Shown one piece after another: positions 18,981 through 30,230 of a DNA stretch of 64,000 nucleotides. How positions within the stretch are numbered: position 1 is the stretch's first letter; every line of letters begins with the position of its first letter. Both the position numbers and the translations under genes were made by a program. Below the pieces are notes generated by a model. The model saw only the letters and a program-made list of their open reading frames with translations, was not told the origin of the DNA and did no database searches. This stretch comes from Methanoregula sp. (GTDB lineage: Archaea > Halobacteriota > Methanomicrobia > Methanomicrobiales > Methanospirillaceae), in assembly GCA_039698055.1 (NCBI GenBank), contig JBDKTL010000037.1, forward strand, positions 1 to 64,000, read 5' to 3'.

Positions 18981-19650
18981 ATTTGCTGGTTTCACCGCCG
19001 TGGGCAACAATATACACCCACTCGTAAAGCGAGTTGAATGTTCCGTACTGCTGGTACCGGCGCATGGAAAACCCGACCCTGAGCCGCCGGTCAAACAGGA
19101 TTTTTCCCTCGTCCTTCATCCGCATCGCAATCTCAAGGTCGTCGCCGGCATCGATGCACCGGTACATGCCCGCTTTCACGACCGCATTCTTACGAAACGC
19201 GGTGTTGCAGCCAAGCGTATAATAGAAGGTACGGCTGTAATACCCGACCCGGGAGAACGTGTTTGCCAGCAGGAGCGAGAATTTGTTGCCGAGGCCCTCT
19301 TCAATCGGGTACACCGGGCCATACACCTGCACGACGTCATGATTGAGGAAATCCTTTGCAATATGTTCGATCCAGTCCGGGGGAAGAATGCAGTCCGCAT
19401 CCGTTGTCGCCACGATATCGCCTTTTGCTGCCACGATCCCGTCGTTGCGGGCGCCCCCGACTTTTTTGCTGGTCTGGGTAAAAACCTTATCCGCGTATTT
19501 CTGTGCGATCTCGCAGGTCTTGTCCTGTGATCCGCCATCAACGACAATAATCTCGTACTCGCTTCGCGGGACCGTCTGGTGGGACAGCGAGACAAGACAC
19601 TGGGCGATATTCTCCTCTTCGTTAAAAGTCGGGATGATGACCGTGATCAT
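18952..19650 (-). CDS. Glycosyltransferase family 2
   Basis: VIIPTFNEE, IIVVDGGSQD, ARNDG, TDAD (DxD). Confidence 0.92.
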   Translation of the reverse strand: MITVIIPTFNEEENIAQCLVSLSHQTVPRSEYEIIVVDGGSQDKTCEIAQKYADKVFTQTSKKVGGARNDGIVAAKGDIVATTDADCILPPDWIEHIAKDFLNHDVVQVYGPVYPIEEGLGNKFSLLLANTFSRVGYYSRTFYYTLGCNTAFRKNAVVKAGMYRCIDAGDDLEIAMRMKDEGKILFDRRLRVGFSMRRYQQYGTFNSLYEWVYIVAHGGETSKYAYTQKKYK

Positions 19651-19729
19651 GGGGCAGGCGGACTCCTGTATATTTTTTACTTTGTCGGCTAATAAGCGTG
19701 CTGCCAAAAATAAGCCGGTGAGATTTTTT

Positions 19730-21040
19730 TTAATAATTTTCGCTGACAAAATCCATAACGCTGCGGATGCATCCGTCCATATTGAGGTACTCGAACCGGG
19801 AAAACCTCCCGATAAGGGGGATGCCAATGGAGGTGAAATAGTCCCGGATAATCTGGATATTTTTCAGGTAGTCAAGGTCGTACACGACATAGGCAAACGG
19901 CTGGCGGACAACCGACGAGTACATGACCTGTTCTTTTGTGAGCACATTCATTGCCGCGAGCGTCCCCACCACCTCTTCGACCAGCTGTTCATCCGGTAAA
20001 CGTGACACTTCGTCTCCCGGCTGGTGCGTGATCTCGGCTAAAACCGAACTGCATCCTTCGGGCGCCGCATGCCGGCTGAAATGGGAGGGAAACGAGATCC
20101 GGTTGCTCAGCCCAAGCGACGGGTCCGGGACGTACATCCACGACAGGTCCGGGACCGGGCCCCGTATACCGATATTGACGCACACGAGCGAATTGTATTT
20201 CAGGTCGTCGCATGCGGCACGGACACGAGGCGGAACGTCAGGTAATGCCGGCAGGAGGTGCTGGAGCGGTATCGTGCTGATGATCCGGTCAGCAGTAATT
20301 GTAGTGTTCCCGTCGCTGATCTCCCAGCGATCGCCAACCCTGCAAATTGAGGATACAGAAAAGCCGCACCGGATTTGAGCCCTGACCGGCTCTGCAATCG
20401 CGTGCACCAGCGCTTCGATTCCCCCGTCCAGCGGGTAGGAGAACACGGCCTGGTGGGTGTAGCCTTCCGTGGAAATTCCGATTGCGGACTTGATCACGTC
20501 ATCGACCGGTGGCCGGGGGACACGTCCGTCCACCCAGTGCAGCGACATCTTGTCTGTCGGGTATTTCCAGATCTTTTCATTGTAGGGAATCATGTAGCAG
20601 TCGGCAATGCCCTGCCCGAACGTGTAGCAAATCCATTCGCGGAACGTCTGGGGATCGGGGATATCGCCTTTCTCAACGGCAACGAGCGTTTTTATAAATT
20701 CGCTGATGCAGAGGAACCGGTCCTCTGCCGGCAGATCGGCAAGACCGTTCTCGAACGGGTACTTCACGTGCTGGCCCTTGTAGAAGATCTTCGTGTTGCG
20801 CGTGTTCCGCTGCTCGTTTCCCCGGATCATCTGCCGCATGAACGCGACAACGTTTTCATCCCGGGAAAAAATGATGTGGGACCCGCCGGTGTCAAACGTG
20901 AATCCTTTATCGGTCCGGGACCGGCAGAGCCCGCCATACGCCGGCTCTGCTTCAAGAACCACAAGGTCAATGCCTTTTTCGTGCAGGAGCCGGGCCAGCG
21001 TCAGGCCGGACAGCCCGCCCCCGAGAATTGCCGTTTTCAC
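19730..21040 (-). CDS. FAD-dependent oxidoreductase (protoporphyrinogen oxidase/UDP-galactopyranose mutase-like)
   Basis: GGGLSG, GGLCRS..GFTFDTGGSHIIF, PYNEKIW, GRFSRFEYLNMD. Confidence 0.8.
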   Translation of the reverse strand: MKTAILGGGLSGLTLARLLHEKGIDLVVLEAEPAYGGLCRSRTDKGFTFDTGGSHIIFSRDENVVAFMRQMIRGNEQRNTRNTKIFYKGQHVKYPFENGLADLPAEDRFLCISEFIKTLVAVEKGDIPDPQTFREWICYTFGQGIADCYMIPYNEKIWKYPTDKMSLHWVDGRVPRPPVDDVIKSAIGISTEGYTHQAVFSYPLDGGIEALVHAIAEPVRAQIRCGFSVSSICRVGDRWEISDGNTTITADRIISTIPLQHLLPALPDVPPRVRAACDDLKYNSLVCVNIGIRGPVPDLSWMYVPDPSLGLSNRISFPSHFSRHAAPEGCSSVLAEITHQPGDEVSRLPDEQLVEEVVGTLAAMNVLTKEQVMYSSVVRQPFAYVVYDLDYLKNIQIIRDYFTSIGIPLIGRFSRFEYLNMDGCIRSVMDFVSENY

Positions 21041-21097
21041 TGCCCAACTGTTGGCGGGCAGAATTTATAAAAATACACCGTTACCGGTAAAAAAGGA

Positions 21098-22621
21098 TTA
21101 TTGTTTTGAGATGTACCAGCCGGTCTGGGTCTCGTCAAGGATCTTCGCGTCGGTCTTCCGGGTGAACATGCTGACAGCATACATCACCACGATCGCAATG
21201 ATAAACGGGAAGAACGAGAAGTGCACCGGGATATTTGCAAAGTTGTAACCAAGAACCGTGATCTTGAAGTAATTGAGGGCCCCGAACACCACGGCCGAGA
21301 CAAGGCCAATGGACATGCTCGCAAGCGCCCCGTCCCGGGTTGCGCCCCGCCAGTAGAGACCGGCAAGGAGCGGGACGGCAAACGTGGCAAGCATGATCCC
21401 GATGCCCATCCAGATGAGGCTGGCAAGCATCTCGGGCGGGTTGATCGCAAGAAGCATCGTGCCTATCGCAGAGAGCACCACAATCACCTTGGAGAGCAGG
21501 AGTACGTTTTTGTCGCTTGCGTCCGGCCTGAGCACTTTCTTGTAGAGATCCCACGAGAACATTGCACCGATGGTCAGCATCAGCCGGTCGGTCGTCGACA
21601 TGACCGCCGCAAGCACAATCACCGCAAAGATTGCCCAGAGCCCGAGGATGGGCAACGAGTACTGGATGCCGTAGAGGATGATGAAGTCCGAGGCGTTCGG
21701 GACCGTCGGCAGGGTAAAGACGCCTTCCTTGACCATGACGAGCCCGGCAAGGCCGGTGAATTTCAGGAGATACATGGCCACACCGTAGATCAAAAATGCG
21801 ACGATCGGGGCCCACTTGAAGTACTTGACATCCTTTACCGCGAGCACGTTGTTGATCACGTGCGGGGCGCAGGCAAGGCCGACCATGAGCATGATTGCAA
21901 ACGAGACCACGTACGCCGGAGCGAATGCGCCGCTGGGCATCCACGGCATGACAAGGTTCGGGTTGACGGTCGCAAGGTACTCGTTGACGTGCGTAAATCC
22001 GCCGGCATAGAAGATAATGATCGGGGCCATGACAAAGATCCCGACAATCAGCATGATTGACTGGACGAGGGCAGCCCACGCGACCGCGTAGAGACCGCCG
22101 ATCATGGTATAGACCATCGTGACCATGGTGGCAATCAGGAGCGCAAGCCAGAGCGGGATCTGGAACAACCACATCAGCACGATAGCGATCGCGGTGTACT
22201 GCCCGACAAGGTAGATGAGCGAGACGATGATACCGGCAATTGCCGAGAGCGAGCGCAGGGCTGTCGGGCTCTGGTACCGGTGGGCGAGATAGTCCTGCAC
22301 AGTAACGTAGCCGGAAGTTTTTGCGACATTATGGAGTTTGACGCCAAAGAAGATGACGCAGAAGCCAATCGAGAGCGGGACAAAGATCTGTTCCCACATG
22401 GTAGGCCAGCCGGCCCGGTACCCGAGCCCCGAGACACCCAGAAGCGACATGCCCGAGCAGACCGCACCGATCATGAGGAGGATAAATACCCAGAACCCCA
22501 GCGAGCGGCCGGCAACAAGGTAATCTTCGGTTGTCTTGATCTTCTTTGACGCCCATACGCCGATGCCCAGCATGAGCAGGAAATACAGGGTGACGACGAT
22601 AACAGTAAGAATATCCGCCAT
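21098..22621 (-). CDS. Sodium:solute symporter (SSS) family
   Basis: EDYLVAGRSLG, YTMIGGLYAVAW, AAVMSTTD; ~13 TMs. Confidence 0.93.
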   Translation of the reverse strand: MADILTVIVVTLYFLLMLGIGVWASKKIKTTEDYLVAGRSLGFWVFILLMIGAVCSGMSLLGVSGLGYRAGWPTMWEQIFVPLSIGFCVIFFGVKLHNVAKTSGYVTVQDYLAHRYQSPTALRSLSAIAGIIVSLIYLVGQYTAIAIVLMWLFQIPLWLALLIATMVTMVYTMIGGLYAVAWAALVQSIMLIVGIFVMAPIIIFYAGGFTHVNEYLATVNPNLVMPWMPSGAFAPAYVVSFAIMLMVGLACAPHVINNVLAVKDVKYFKWAPIVAFLIYGVAMYLLKFTGLAGLVMVKEGVFTLPTVPNASDFIILYGIQYSLPILGLWAIFAVIVLAAVMSTTDRLMLTIGAMFSWDLYKKVLRPDASDKNVLLLSKVIVVLSAIGTMLLAINPPEMLASLIWMGIGIMLATFAVPLLAGLYWRGATRDGALASMSIGLVSAVVFGALNYFKITVLGYNFANIPVHFSFFPFIIAIVVMYAVSMFTRKTDAKILDETQTGWYISKQ

Positions 22622-22726
22622 TTAGTCATGCCCCCCAAAGGTCAGGCCCCAGTACAACAGTGCGGCGATGGCGACAATCGTCACGCCACCTACGGCAAGA
22701 ATGGTAATATCCGGCAATCCAAACAT
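22622..22726 (-). CDS. Small single-TM symporter accessory protein (34 aa, absent from ORF track)
   Basis: MFGLPDITILAVGGVTIVAIAALLYWGLTFGGHD; stop abuts the SSS start. Confidence 0.75.
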   Translation of the reverse strand: MFGLPDITILAVGGVTIVAIAALLYWGLTFGGHD

Positions 22727-23026
22727 GATACCTAATTAGTTTGTGGTATGCTAACATATAACACAATCGAAATGTAACGGCGCACGGGATTTTTTTTAAC
22801 GCCTGCTATAGTATGCGGGGGGACAGTGTATCCGTACAGTGTCATCCGGCATGGACGATACGAATTGGGATTGCTGCATACCAAAACGCGTGAGGAATGG
22901 GAGACCCCGGGAGAGTACTTGTCCAGTACACCGCTGATCTTTCCTGAAGTACCAATTTCAGGATTTTTTACAAATTCGCAGAGATTAAATTTCTGGAAAT
23001 TTTCGACCGCAGTATCATGGCCTGCA

Positions 23027-23440
23027 TCAGTCCGGACCTATACAGGAAGAGATCGGGCAGGTTATCGGGGAGAACCGACCGTGATGCAGTCCATGCAGGC
23101 GAACGTGTCGCTGCCAGGCAGGCCCGCTGACCGTGAGCGTTGCGTTGTAGGTGCCGTTGGAGAGAACAAGGGTCCCGTTTGCCTCGCTGCCCGGTGCGAG
23201 GTACTCGATCCTGAAGTTGTGCGGTACCTTTTCCCGGATACTATACAGGTCTGTGCCCGGGTAATAGTCCGTAGTAATCACTACCGTTGCCGAGAGATCC
23301 TGCACGCTTTCCTGTGCCTGCACATAGCGTTTGGCAATTTCAGGTGCAGTCAGGTTCTCCATGGAAGGCGCCGATGCGCATCCTGTCCCGAGGACGAGGC
23401 ATGCGAGCACGACAACTGCAATACCGGCATGTGCGTTCAT
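23027..23440 (-). pseudogene. Truncated LolA-like lipoprotein fused to a frameshifted PKD-domain remnant
   Basis: Lipobox GTGC; LolA-like N-half to VLSNGT; then PKD-like GTYNATLTVSGP continuing GSDT...ITV in a shifted frame. Confidence 0.55.
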
Positions 23441-23901
23441 GGGGCACCCCATGCATATGGATCGAATTGCAGGAAGATACCCGGCGTTCCGGCCCGGTAC
23501 ACATATACCTGTTCAGGGGAAAGTCCCCCGAAAATGCCGACGCTGGCAACAGATCCTGCCAGACCCGGCCGGGTCCCGTTCGCAGTATACACAACCATGA
23601 CGGAAAGCGAGCGTCCGCACCGGAGGAAGGAGAACGGGCAGGGCTCTGTTTTCAGGCACCCGTCTTTTTCGCATACGGATACGTTCGGGTAAAGCCGTGC
23701 GGTCTCTTTATCCATGGCGCGGATGGGCACCGGCGTCACCTGCGGGTTGTACTGTGACATGTCTTTTGGCCCGGCCAAGGTCTCTTTATGCGTCAGGTAA
23801 TAGGACTGATCCCACGTATCGTTCGATCCGCAGGCTACAGGAGATATCGCGAGAGCCACCAGCAGCAACACTGCAATCAGCCCGAAATGATATTGTGTCA
23901 T
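23437..23901 (-). CDS. Secreted hypothetical protein
   Basis: Signal peptide; GGAGG upstream; ATGA overlap with next gene. Confidence 0.7.
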   Translation of the reverse strand: MTQYHFGLIAVLLLVALAISPVACGSNDTWDQSYYLTHKETLAGPKDMSQYNPQVTPVPIRAMDKETARLYPNVSVCEKDGCLKTEPCPFSFLRCGRSLSVMVVYTANGTRPGLAGSVASVGIFGGLSPEQVYVYRAGTPGIFLQFDPYAWGAP

Positions 23902-24250
23902 GTACTCCGCCCTCCTGTCAGCAGCTGCACCCGGTGCTGTCGCGGGATTTCCACTCGCACTCGCTTATCATGGATGATCAGACCGTTGATTGGTATAGAG
24001 GTGTTTTATAAATGCCGTAACGTTATGTGTTACGGTTTGGTTCTTTTATGGCGCTTATTCCTTAAAAATAAAAAAAATTAGTTTCTCCGAACCAAAAAAA
24101 TCCTTGTCTTCAACAAAAGGCACAGCTTGAAAACACTGATATTCCATCTAGTAAAATTTTAAAACCCCATAGTTCATTTCTTTGAACCCGTCTCAAAAAT
24201 TCTTAACCGTTATTCCGGTTTCCACCCAGACAAAATCAAAAAAAAAAGGT

Positions 24251-24754
24251 TTACTTACTGCTCGTCACTGTTTTTGTGCCGCGCAAAATTCCAATCCGCC
24301 CGGTCCGGATCAGTTCCTTGATCCCGAACTGGCGGAGCAGTTTCTCCATCGCGTTGATCTTGTCGGTATCCCCGACCACCTGCAGGATCACCGACTTTGC
24401 CCCCACGTCTACGATCTGGGCGCGGAAGATGGTTGCGATCTGCATGATCTCCGCACGGGTCGTTCCCTGGTCGGCGGTCACCTTGAACATCACCAGTTCG
24501 CGCTCGACCCGCTCGTTGTCGGTCAGGTCCGAGACCTTGATCACATCTATGAGCTTATTGAGCTGCTTCATTACCTGCTCGACCTGCGCATCGTCACCGA
24601 TCACGACAATCGTGATCCGGCTCATGTCCGGCTCCTCGCAGGGGCCCACCGCGAGGCTCTCAATGTTAAAGCCGCGCCGGGAGAAGAGTCCGGTTACCCG
24701 GGAGAGGACACCGGCCCGGTTCTCCACGAGAATAGAAAGCGTGTGCTGCTTCAT
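24251..24754 (-). CDS. ilvN: Acetolactate synthase small subunit
   Basis: ACT domain [35 protein letters not shown]. Confidence 0.96.
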   Translation of the reverse strand: MKQHTLSILVENRAGVLSRVTGLFSRRGFNIESLAVGPCEEPDMSRITIVVIGDDAQVEQVMKQLNKLIDVIKVSDLTDNERVERELVMFKVTADQGTTRAEIMQIATIFRAQIVDVGAKSVILQVVGDTDKINAMEKLLRQFGIKELIRTGRIGILRGTKTVTSSK

Positions 24755-26430
24755 GATCGCGGATGCCCTCCGATCATCTCGTTGATCGCTGCCCCTGCCG
24801 GCACCATCGGGAACACATTCTCCTCCCGCTCGATCCGGAAGTCGAGCACAAACGGCCCGTCATGATCCACCGCGGCTTTTAAGGCCGGCATCACGTCTTC
24901 GCAGGACTCCACTTTGATGCCCTCGATGCCGTACGCCTGCCCGATCTTCACGAACTCCACCGATGGCAGTTCGGTGTATGAATAGCGCCGGTCGTAGAAG
25001 AGCTCCTGCCACTGGCGCACCATGCCGAGGTACATGTTGTTTAGGATCGCGATCTTCACCGGGATATTGTACTGCGCCGCCGTTCCCATCTCCTGTATGT
25101 TCATCTGGATGCTCCCGTCGCCGGCAACATCAAAGACCGGGACATCAGGCCGGGCAAAATGTGCCCCGATAGCAGCCGGGAACCCGTAGCCCATCGTGCC
25201 AAGACCGCCCGACGTGATCCACGTGCGGGGCTGGCGGAAGCAGAAGTACTGGGCGGTCCACATCTGGTTCTGGCCCACCTCTGAGACGATCACTGCGTCG
25301 CCTTTGAGCAGTTCGTTCATCTGCTGGAGGATGAACTGGGGATACAGGCACCCGTTGTCCTTCCCGTACCGGAGCGGGTGGTGCTGCTTCCAGTGCTTGA
25401 TCTTCTTGTTCCATGCATCGCAGGCGCCGATCTTCTTTAAGCCCGTGATTATATCAGTCAGCACGGATTTGACATCACCGACAATCGGCACATCCACGCG
25501 TTTGTTCTTCCCGATCTCGGCCGGGTCGATATCAATGTGGATCACGCTGGCATGCGGCGCAAAGGTGTCGATCTTTCCCGTGACCCGGTCGTCGAACCGG
25601 GCCCCGATCGCGATCAGGAGATCGCATTCCGTCACGGCAAAGTTTGCGTACTCGGTTCCGTGCATCCCGAGCATCCCGAGGTTGAGCGGGTGATCGCAGG
25701 GAATGCACCCGAGGCCCATTAAGGTCGTCGTGACCGGGATGCCGATTTTTGTTGCAAACTCGACAAGTTCCGACGATGCGTTCGCGGAGATCACCCCGCC
25801 GCCCGCGTAGATGAGCGGGCGCTCGGCAGCGGTGATCAGTGCAATTGCCTTGTCGATCTGGCGCTTGTTTCCTTTATACGTCGGGTTGTAGCCACGGAGC
25901 GACACTTTTTCCGGCACGACCGGTTCCCTGACTTCCCGGGTGTTGACGTCCTTTGGCAGATCGATCAGGACCGGACCCGGCCGGCCCGTGCCCGCGATAT
26001 AGAACGCTTCCTTGACAATGCGGGGGATATCCATCGTATCCTTCACAAGATAGTTGTGCTTGGTGACCGGCATCGTGATGCCCTGGATATCCGATTCCTG
26101 AAAGGCGTCGTTGCCGAGCATGTACGTCGGGACCTGCCCGGTAATCGCAACGATCGGGACCGAGTCCATGTAGGCCGTGGCAATCCCGGTGACAAGGTTG
26201 CAGGCACCGGGCCCGGATGTGGCGATGCATACACCGGTCCGGCCGCTGGCGCGGGCATACCCGTCCGCGGCATGGGCAGCTGCCTGCTCGTGCCGTACGA
26301 GGATGTGCCGCAATGGTGAATCATAGAGTTCATCATAGACTGGCAGGATCTGCCCGCCAGGGTAGCCAAACAGCGTGTCGACTCCCTCGCGCAGCAATGA
26401 TTCAACGAAGAGTTTTGCCCCGGTCTTCAT
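24751..26430 (-). CDS. ilvB: Acetolactate synthase large subunit
   Basis: FGYPGG, RHEQAA, TSGPG, GDGS..MN TPP motif. Confidence 0.97.
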   Translation of the reverse strand: MKTGAKLFVESLLREGVDTLFGYPGGQILPVYDELYDSPLRHILVRHEQAAAHAADGYARASGRTGVCIATSGPGACNLVTGIATAYMDSVPIVAITGQVPTYMLGNDAFQESDIQGITMPVTKHNYLVKDTMDIPRIVKEAFYIAGTGRPGPVLIDLPKDVNTREVREPVVPEKVSLRGYNPTYKGNKRQIDKAIALITAAERPLIYAGGGVISANASSELVEFATKIGIPVTTTLMGLGCIPCDHPLNLGMLGMHGTEYANFAVTECDLLIAIGARFDDRVTGKIDTFAPHASVIHIDIDPAEIGKNKRVDVPIVGDVKSVLTDIITGLKKIGACDAWNKKIKHWKQHHPLRYGKDNGCLYPQFILQQMNELLKGDAVIVSEVGQNQMWTAQYFCFRQPRTWITSGGLGTMGYGFPAAIGAHFARPDVPVFDVAGDGSIQMNIQEMGTAAQYNIPVKIAILNNMYLGMVRQWQELFYDRRYSYTELPSVEFVKIGQAYGIEGIKVESCEDVMPALKAAVDHDGPFVLDFRIEREENVFPMVPAGAAINEMIGGHPRS

Positions 26431-27917
26431 GTCCGTTCCTCAAGTAGTCTGTTCATACCGGCGATCATCGCCTCGACGCTCGCCATTATGATATCTGTGC
26501 GTGCGCCTCGTGAAGTAATTATCTTCCCGTCTTTACTTAACCTTACGGTCACTTCGACAAGCGCATCCGTGCCGCCGCTGATCGCGTCAACGTGGTACTC
26601 TTCAAGCCGGATATCGGCGACATCGGCAATCGATTTCCTGAGCACCTGCATTGCCGCATCCACCGGGCCATCACCGGTTGCGGCGCCGGTCATTTCCTGC
26701 CCGTTGACAAACAGCGTAACCGAAGCCGTCGGCATCATGCTGCTACCCGAGACGACCGTGAACTGCTGGAGCCGGATCACCGGGTTGCGTTCTATGGCAA
26801 GCACGGCATCGGCAACTGCCATCAGGTCGGTATCGCTCACGCGTTTTCCCGCGTCGCCCATCTGCTTGATCCGGCCGACAATCTCGGTCAGCTGGTGATC
26901 GGTGGGCGTATACTTCATCTCGTTAAGCGCCGCTTCGACCGATGCTGTGCCCGAGTGCTTTCCAAGGACAATCCGACGTTTCCTGCCGATCATCTCCGGC
27001 TTGATCGACTCGTACGTTGACGGCTCGCGGATAATCCCGTGGGCATGGATGCCGCTCTCGTGCGTAAATGCCATCTCCCCCACGATTGCCTTGTTGACCG
27101 GGAGCGGTACGCCGGTAAGGCGGGATACCAGTGACGAGAGATGGTAGATCTCCTCGCACTTTATGCGGGTCCGGTATTCGTAGAGGATTTCAAGCGACAT
27201 AACGACCTCTTCAAACGGGGTGTTGCCGGCCCGCTCGCCCAGCCCGTTGACGGTGACATGGGCGCAGGACGCCCCGTTTTTTAATGCGGCGATCGTGTTC
27301 GTGAGCGCAAAGCCGAGATCGTCGTGGCAGTGGATGGACAGCGGCGCGATCTTTGTAAGCGGCGGGATATACTGTGCGATCTTCTCCGGTGTCAGTACGC
27401 CCACCGTGTCGCAGAAGCAGAGCCGGTCTGCACCGCGCCGGACACCTTCGGCAAATACGTACTGGAGAAAAGACTGGTCTGCGCGGGATGCATCTTCGCC
27501 CGAGAGTTCGACAACGAGCCCCCGGCTTTTCGCATATTCGACCGCGCTCCACGCCATCTGTGCAACATCGTCGCGGGTCTTGCGCATCTTCTTTGCGATG
27601 TGCAGGTCGCTGACCGGAATGACAAGATGCACCGAATCGGCACCATAGTCTGCCGCGAAATCGATGTCCTGCTTCAGCGCACGGACGTACGTGCAGATTT
27701 CCGCAGGAAGACCGGCACCGGAAATGACTTTGATTGCTTCACGCTCTCCGGGCGATGCGGCAGCAGATCCAACTTCAATAACATCGACGCCGATGTCAGC
27801 AAGTTTGGTCGCAATTTCAAGTTTCTGGTTCGGGTTTAATGAAACACCCGGGGTTTGCTCCCCGTCCCGTAAGGTGGTATCTAAAAAATGCAGGTTATTA
27901 ACAAATAAAACATTCAC
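26427..27917 (-). CDS. cimA: (R)-citramalate synthase / 2-isopropylmalate synthase family
   Basis: [31 protein letters not shown], LeuA regulatory domain; cimA versus leuA inferred from linkage to ilvBN. Confidence 0.75.
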   Translation of the reverse strand: MNVLFVNNLHFLDTTLRDGEQTPGVSLNPNQKLEIATKLADIGVDVIEVGSAAASPGEREAIKVISGAGLPAEICTYVRALKQDIDFAADYGADSVHLVIPVSDLHIAKKMRKTRDDVAQMAWSAVEYAKSRGLVVELSGEDASRADQSFLQYVFAEGVRRGADRLCFCDTVGVLTPEKIAQYIPPLTKIAPLSIHCHDDLGFALTNTIAALKNGASCAHVTVNGLGERAGNTPFEEVVMSLEILYEYRTRIKCEEIYHLSSLVSRLTGVPLPVNKAIVGEMAFTHESGIHAHGIIREPSTYESIKPEMIGRKRRIVLGKHSGTASVEAALNEMKYTPTDHQLTEIVGRIKQMGDAGKRVSDTDLMAVADAVLAIERNPVIRLQQFTVVSGSSMMPTASVTLFVNGQEMTGAATGDGPVDAAMQVLRKSIADVADIRLEEYHVDAISGGTDALVEVTVRLSKDGKIITSRGARTDIIMASVEAMIAGMNRLLEERT

Positions 27918-28127
27918 TCATGGACTTCACCACGCAACAAACGTGGGGATGGAGAATATAAAAAACATTCGTAAAATAAAAAAATCCCAATGCACGCCGT
28001 GATACGCTATGGAGACTATAGAGTCCTCCGAGAATGGTGCAGGATTATATTCTCCCTGTACTAATGAACAATGGAAGAATGGATAAACGCCATCATCAGG
28101 ATTGGCACTTAAAAAAAAGGTGATACC

Positions 28128-30230
28128 ATGAGTCCGGTCTCGCAACTGCCCATCGATCCGAAATTATACCTGAACCGTGAGATGAGCTGGATCCGGTTCA
28201 ACCACCATGTACTCGATGAAGCCCGTGATGAGAGCCACCCGCTTCTTGAGCGGGTAAAATTCCATGCCATCTTTGCCAACAATCTCGATGAATTTTTCAT
28301 GGTCCGGGTATCGGGACTCCAGCGGCAGGCAGCAAAAGGGGTATTAAAAGCGCCGCCGGACGGGATGACCCCCTCAGAGCAGCTCGATGCCATCCAGAAG
28401 GCCCTGCGCCCTGAACTCGAACTCCAGTACGACTGCTGGCATAAGGAGATCCTGCCCCTGCTTGCTGCTGCGGGAATTTTCATCCACTCCTACGCAGACC
28501 TTGACGAGAATCAGAAAAAAGCACTGCATTCATTTTTTGTCGATGAAATATTTCCGGTCCTTATCCCGCTGGCATTTGACAGCGCCCACCCGTTCCCGTT
28601 CATCTCCAACCTCTCATTGAACCTTGCAATCATTGTCCGGGACCAGAACCAGAAAGAATTGTTTGCCCGGCTCAAGGTTCCGACCAACCTCTTCTCCCGG
28701 CTCGTGAGAGTTCCGGATCCCGCAGATGCCGCCCATCACGACGATAAAATTGTGCATTTTGTGTACCTCGAGGAGATCATCGCCTCCCACCTCGATATGC
28801 TCTTTCCCGGCCTCGAAGTTGTCGCATCATTTCCTTTCCGGATCACCCGGGATGCAGACCTTGAAATCGAGGTGGACGAAGCGTCCGATCTCCTGACGAC
28901 GGTCGAAGAAGTCATGGAGCAGCGGGCACGGGGCAACCCGGTGCGCATTGAAGTCGACAGTTCGATGCATGACAATATCTGCCATATGTTTGAAAAGAAA
29001 CTGGGCATCACCAGCTCCATGCTTTACCGGGTGGGGCACCCGGTCGGCATGGCAGATTTGATGGAACTGCTCTCGCTTGACCGGCCGGACTTAAAAGATC
29101 CACCCTTTTTGCCTTCGACACCGTCAGAACTTTCCGAAGAAAAAAATATTTTCTCCGCGATCCAGGCGCACGATATCCTCCTCTACCATCCCTATGAGAG
29201 TTTTTCTCCCGTCGTCAATTTTATCCGGCAGGCAGCGCACGATCCGGATGTCCTTGCCATCAAGATCACACTTTACCGGGTCGGCTCCAATTCTCCCATC
29301 GTCCACGCATTGCTCGAAGCCCGGGAGAACGGGAAAGCGGTTGCTGCGCTGATCGAACTCAAGGCCCGGTTCGATGAAGAAAATAATATCGGGTGGGCCC
29401 GGGCGCTGGAGCACCAGGGTGCTCACGTGGTGTACGGGGTTGTCGGCCTCAAGGTACATGCAAAACTCTGCATGGTCGTGCGGCGGGAAAAAGGCGGGAT
29501 ACGGCGGTACGTGCATCTTGGCACCGGCAATTACAATGCGACAACCAGCCGTATTTACACGGATTTCGGCCTTTTTACCTGCGACCCGGACATCGGCCAC
29601 GATGTGGCAGATCTTTTCAATTTCCTCACAGGGTATGCCCGGATCAACCAGTACCGGAAACTGCTCGTGGCACCGGTAACGCTGAGGTCGTCGATCCTTG
29701 AACGGATCGAGCGGGAGATCGCCCGCCAGAAAGAGCATGGCGACGGCTATCTCGCGTTCAAGATGAATGCGCTTGTCGATGAGATGTGCATCGCCGCGCT
29801 CTACCGGGCTTCGCAAAGCGGAGTGAAGATCGATCTCCAGGTACGGGGCATCTGCTGCCTGCTCCCGGGCATCCCCGGCGTGAGCGAGACCATTACCGTA
29901 AGTGCTATTGTTGGGAGGTTCCTGGAACATGCACGGCTGTATTATTTCCGGAATGGCGGGAACGACGAAGTGTTTGTCGGGAGCGCAGACCTGATGCCCC
30001 GCAACCTTGATCGGCGGGTGGAGATCCTCTTTCCCATCGAAGATCCCCGGATAAAAAAAGCCCTCATCACGACAATCCTGTCCGTCCAGTTGAGCGATAC
30101 GGTCAAGGCAAGGATGCTTAAAAGCGATGGCACCTATGAGCGGAGGGCTCTTCTCCCGGGCACAGAACCTGTTAATGCCCAGCTATGGTTCCTCCAGCAC
30201 CGGGGAGAATGGTATAATGACAGCCAGTAA
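28128..30230 (+). CDS. ppk1: Polyphosphate kinase 1
   Basis: NREMSWIRFN, NLDEFFMVRV, ELKARFDEENNI, KVHAK, GRFLEH, SADLMPRNLDRRVE. Confidence 0.97.
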   Translation: MSPVSQLPIDPKLYLNREMSWIRFNHHVLDEARDESHPLLERVKFHAIFANNLDEFFMVRVSGLQRQAAKGVLKAPPDGMTPSEQLDAIQKALRPELELQYDCWHKEILPLLAAAGIFIHSYADLDENQKKALHSFFVDEIFPVLIPLAFDSAHPFPFISNLSLNLAIIVRDQNQKELFARLKVPTNLFSRLVRVPDPADAAHHDDKIVHFVYLEEIIASHLDMLFPGLEVVASFPFRITRDADLEIEVDEASDLLTTVEEVMEQRARGNPVRIEVDSSMHDNICHMFEKKLGITSSMLYRVGHPVGMADLMELLSLDRPDLKDPPFLPSTPSELSEEKNIFSAIQAHDILLYHPYESFSPVVNFIRQAAHDPDVLAIKITLYRVGSNSPIVHALLEARENGKAVAALIELKARFDEENNIGWARALEHQGAHVVYGVVGLKVHAKLCMVVRREKGGIRRYVHLGTGNYNATTSRIYTDFGLFTCDPDIGHDVADLFNFLTGYARINQYRKLLVAPVTLRSSILERIEREIARQKEHGDGYLAFKMNALVDEMCIAALYRASQSGVKIDLQVRGICCLLPGIPGVSETITVSAIVGRFLEHARLYYFRNGGNDEVFVGSADLMPRNLDRRVEILFPIEDPRIKKALITTILSVQLSDTVKARMLKSDGTYERRALLPGTEPVNAQLWFLQHRGEWYNDSQ

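Noticed and set aside
27898-27968. Short uORFs (MSECFIC, MFFIFSIPTFVAW) as an attenuator for cimA-ilvBN
   Set aside because: No run of Ile/Leu/Val codons and no terminator/antiterminator pair visible
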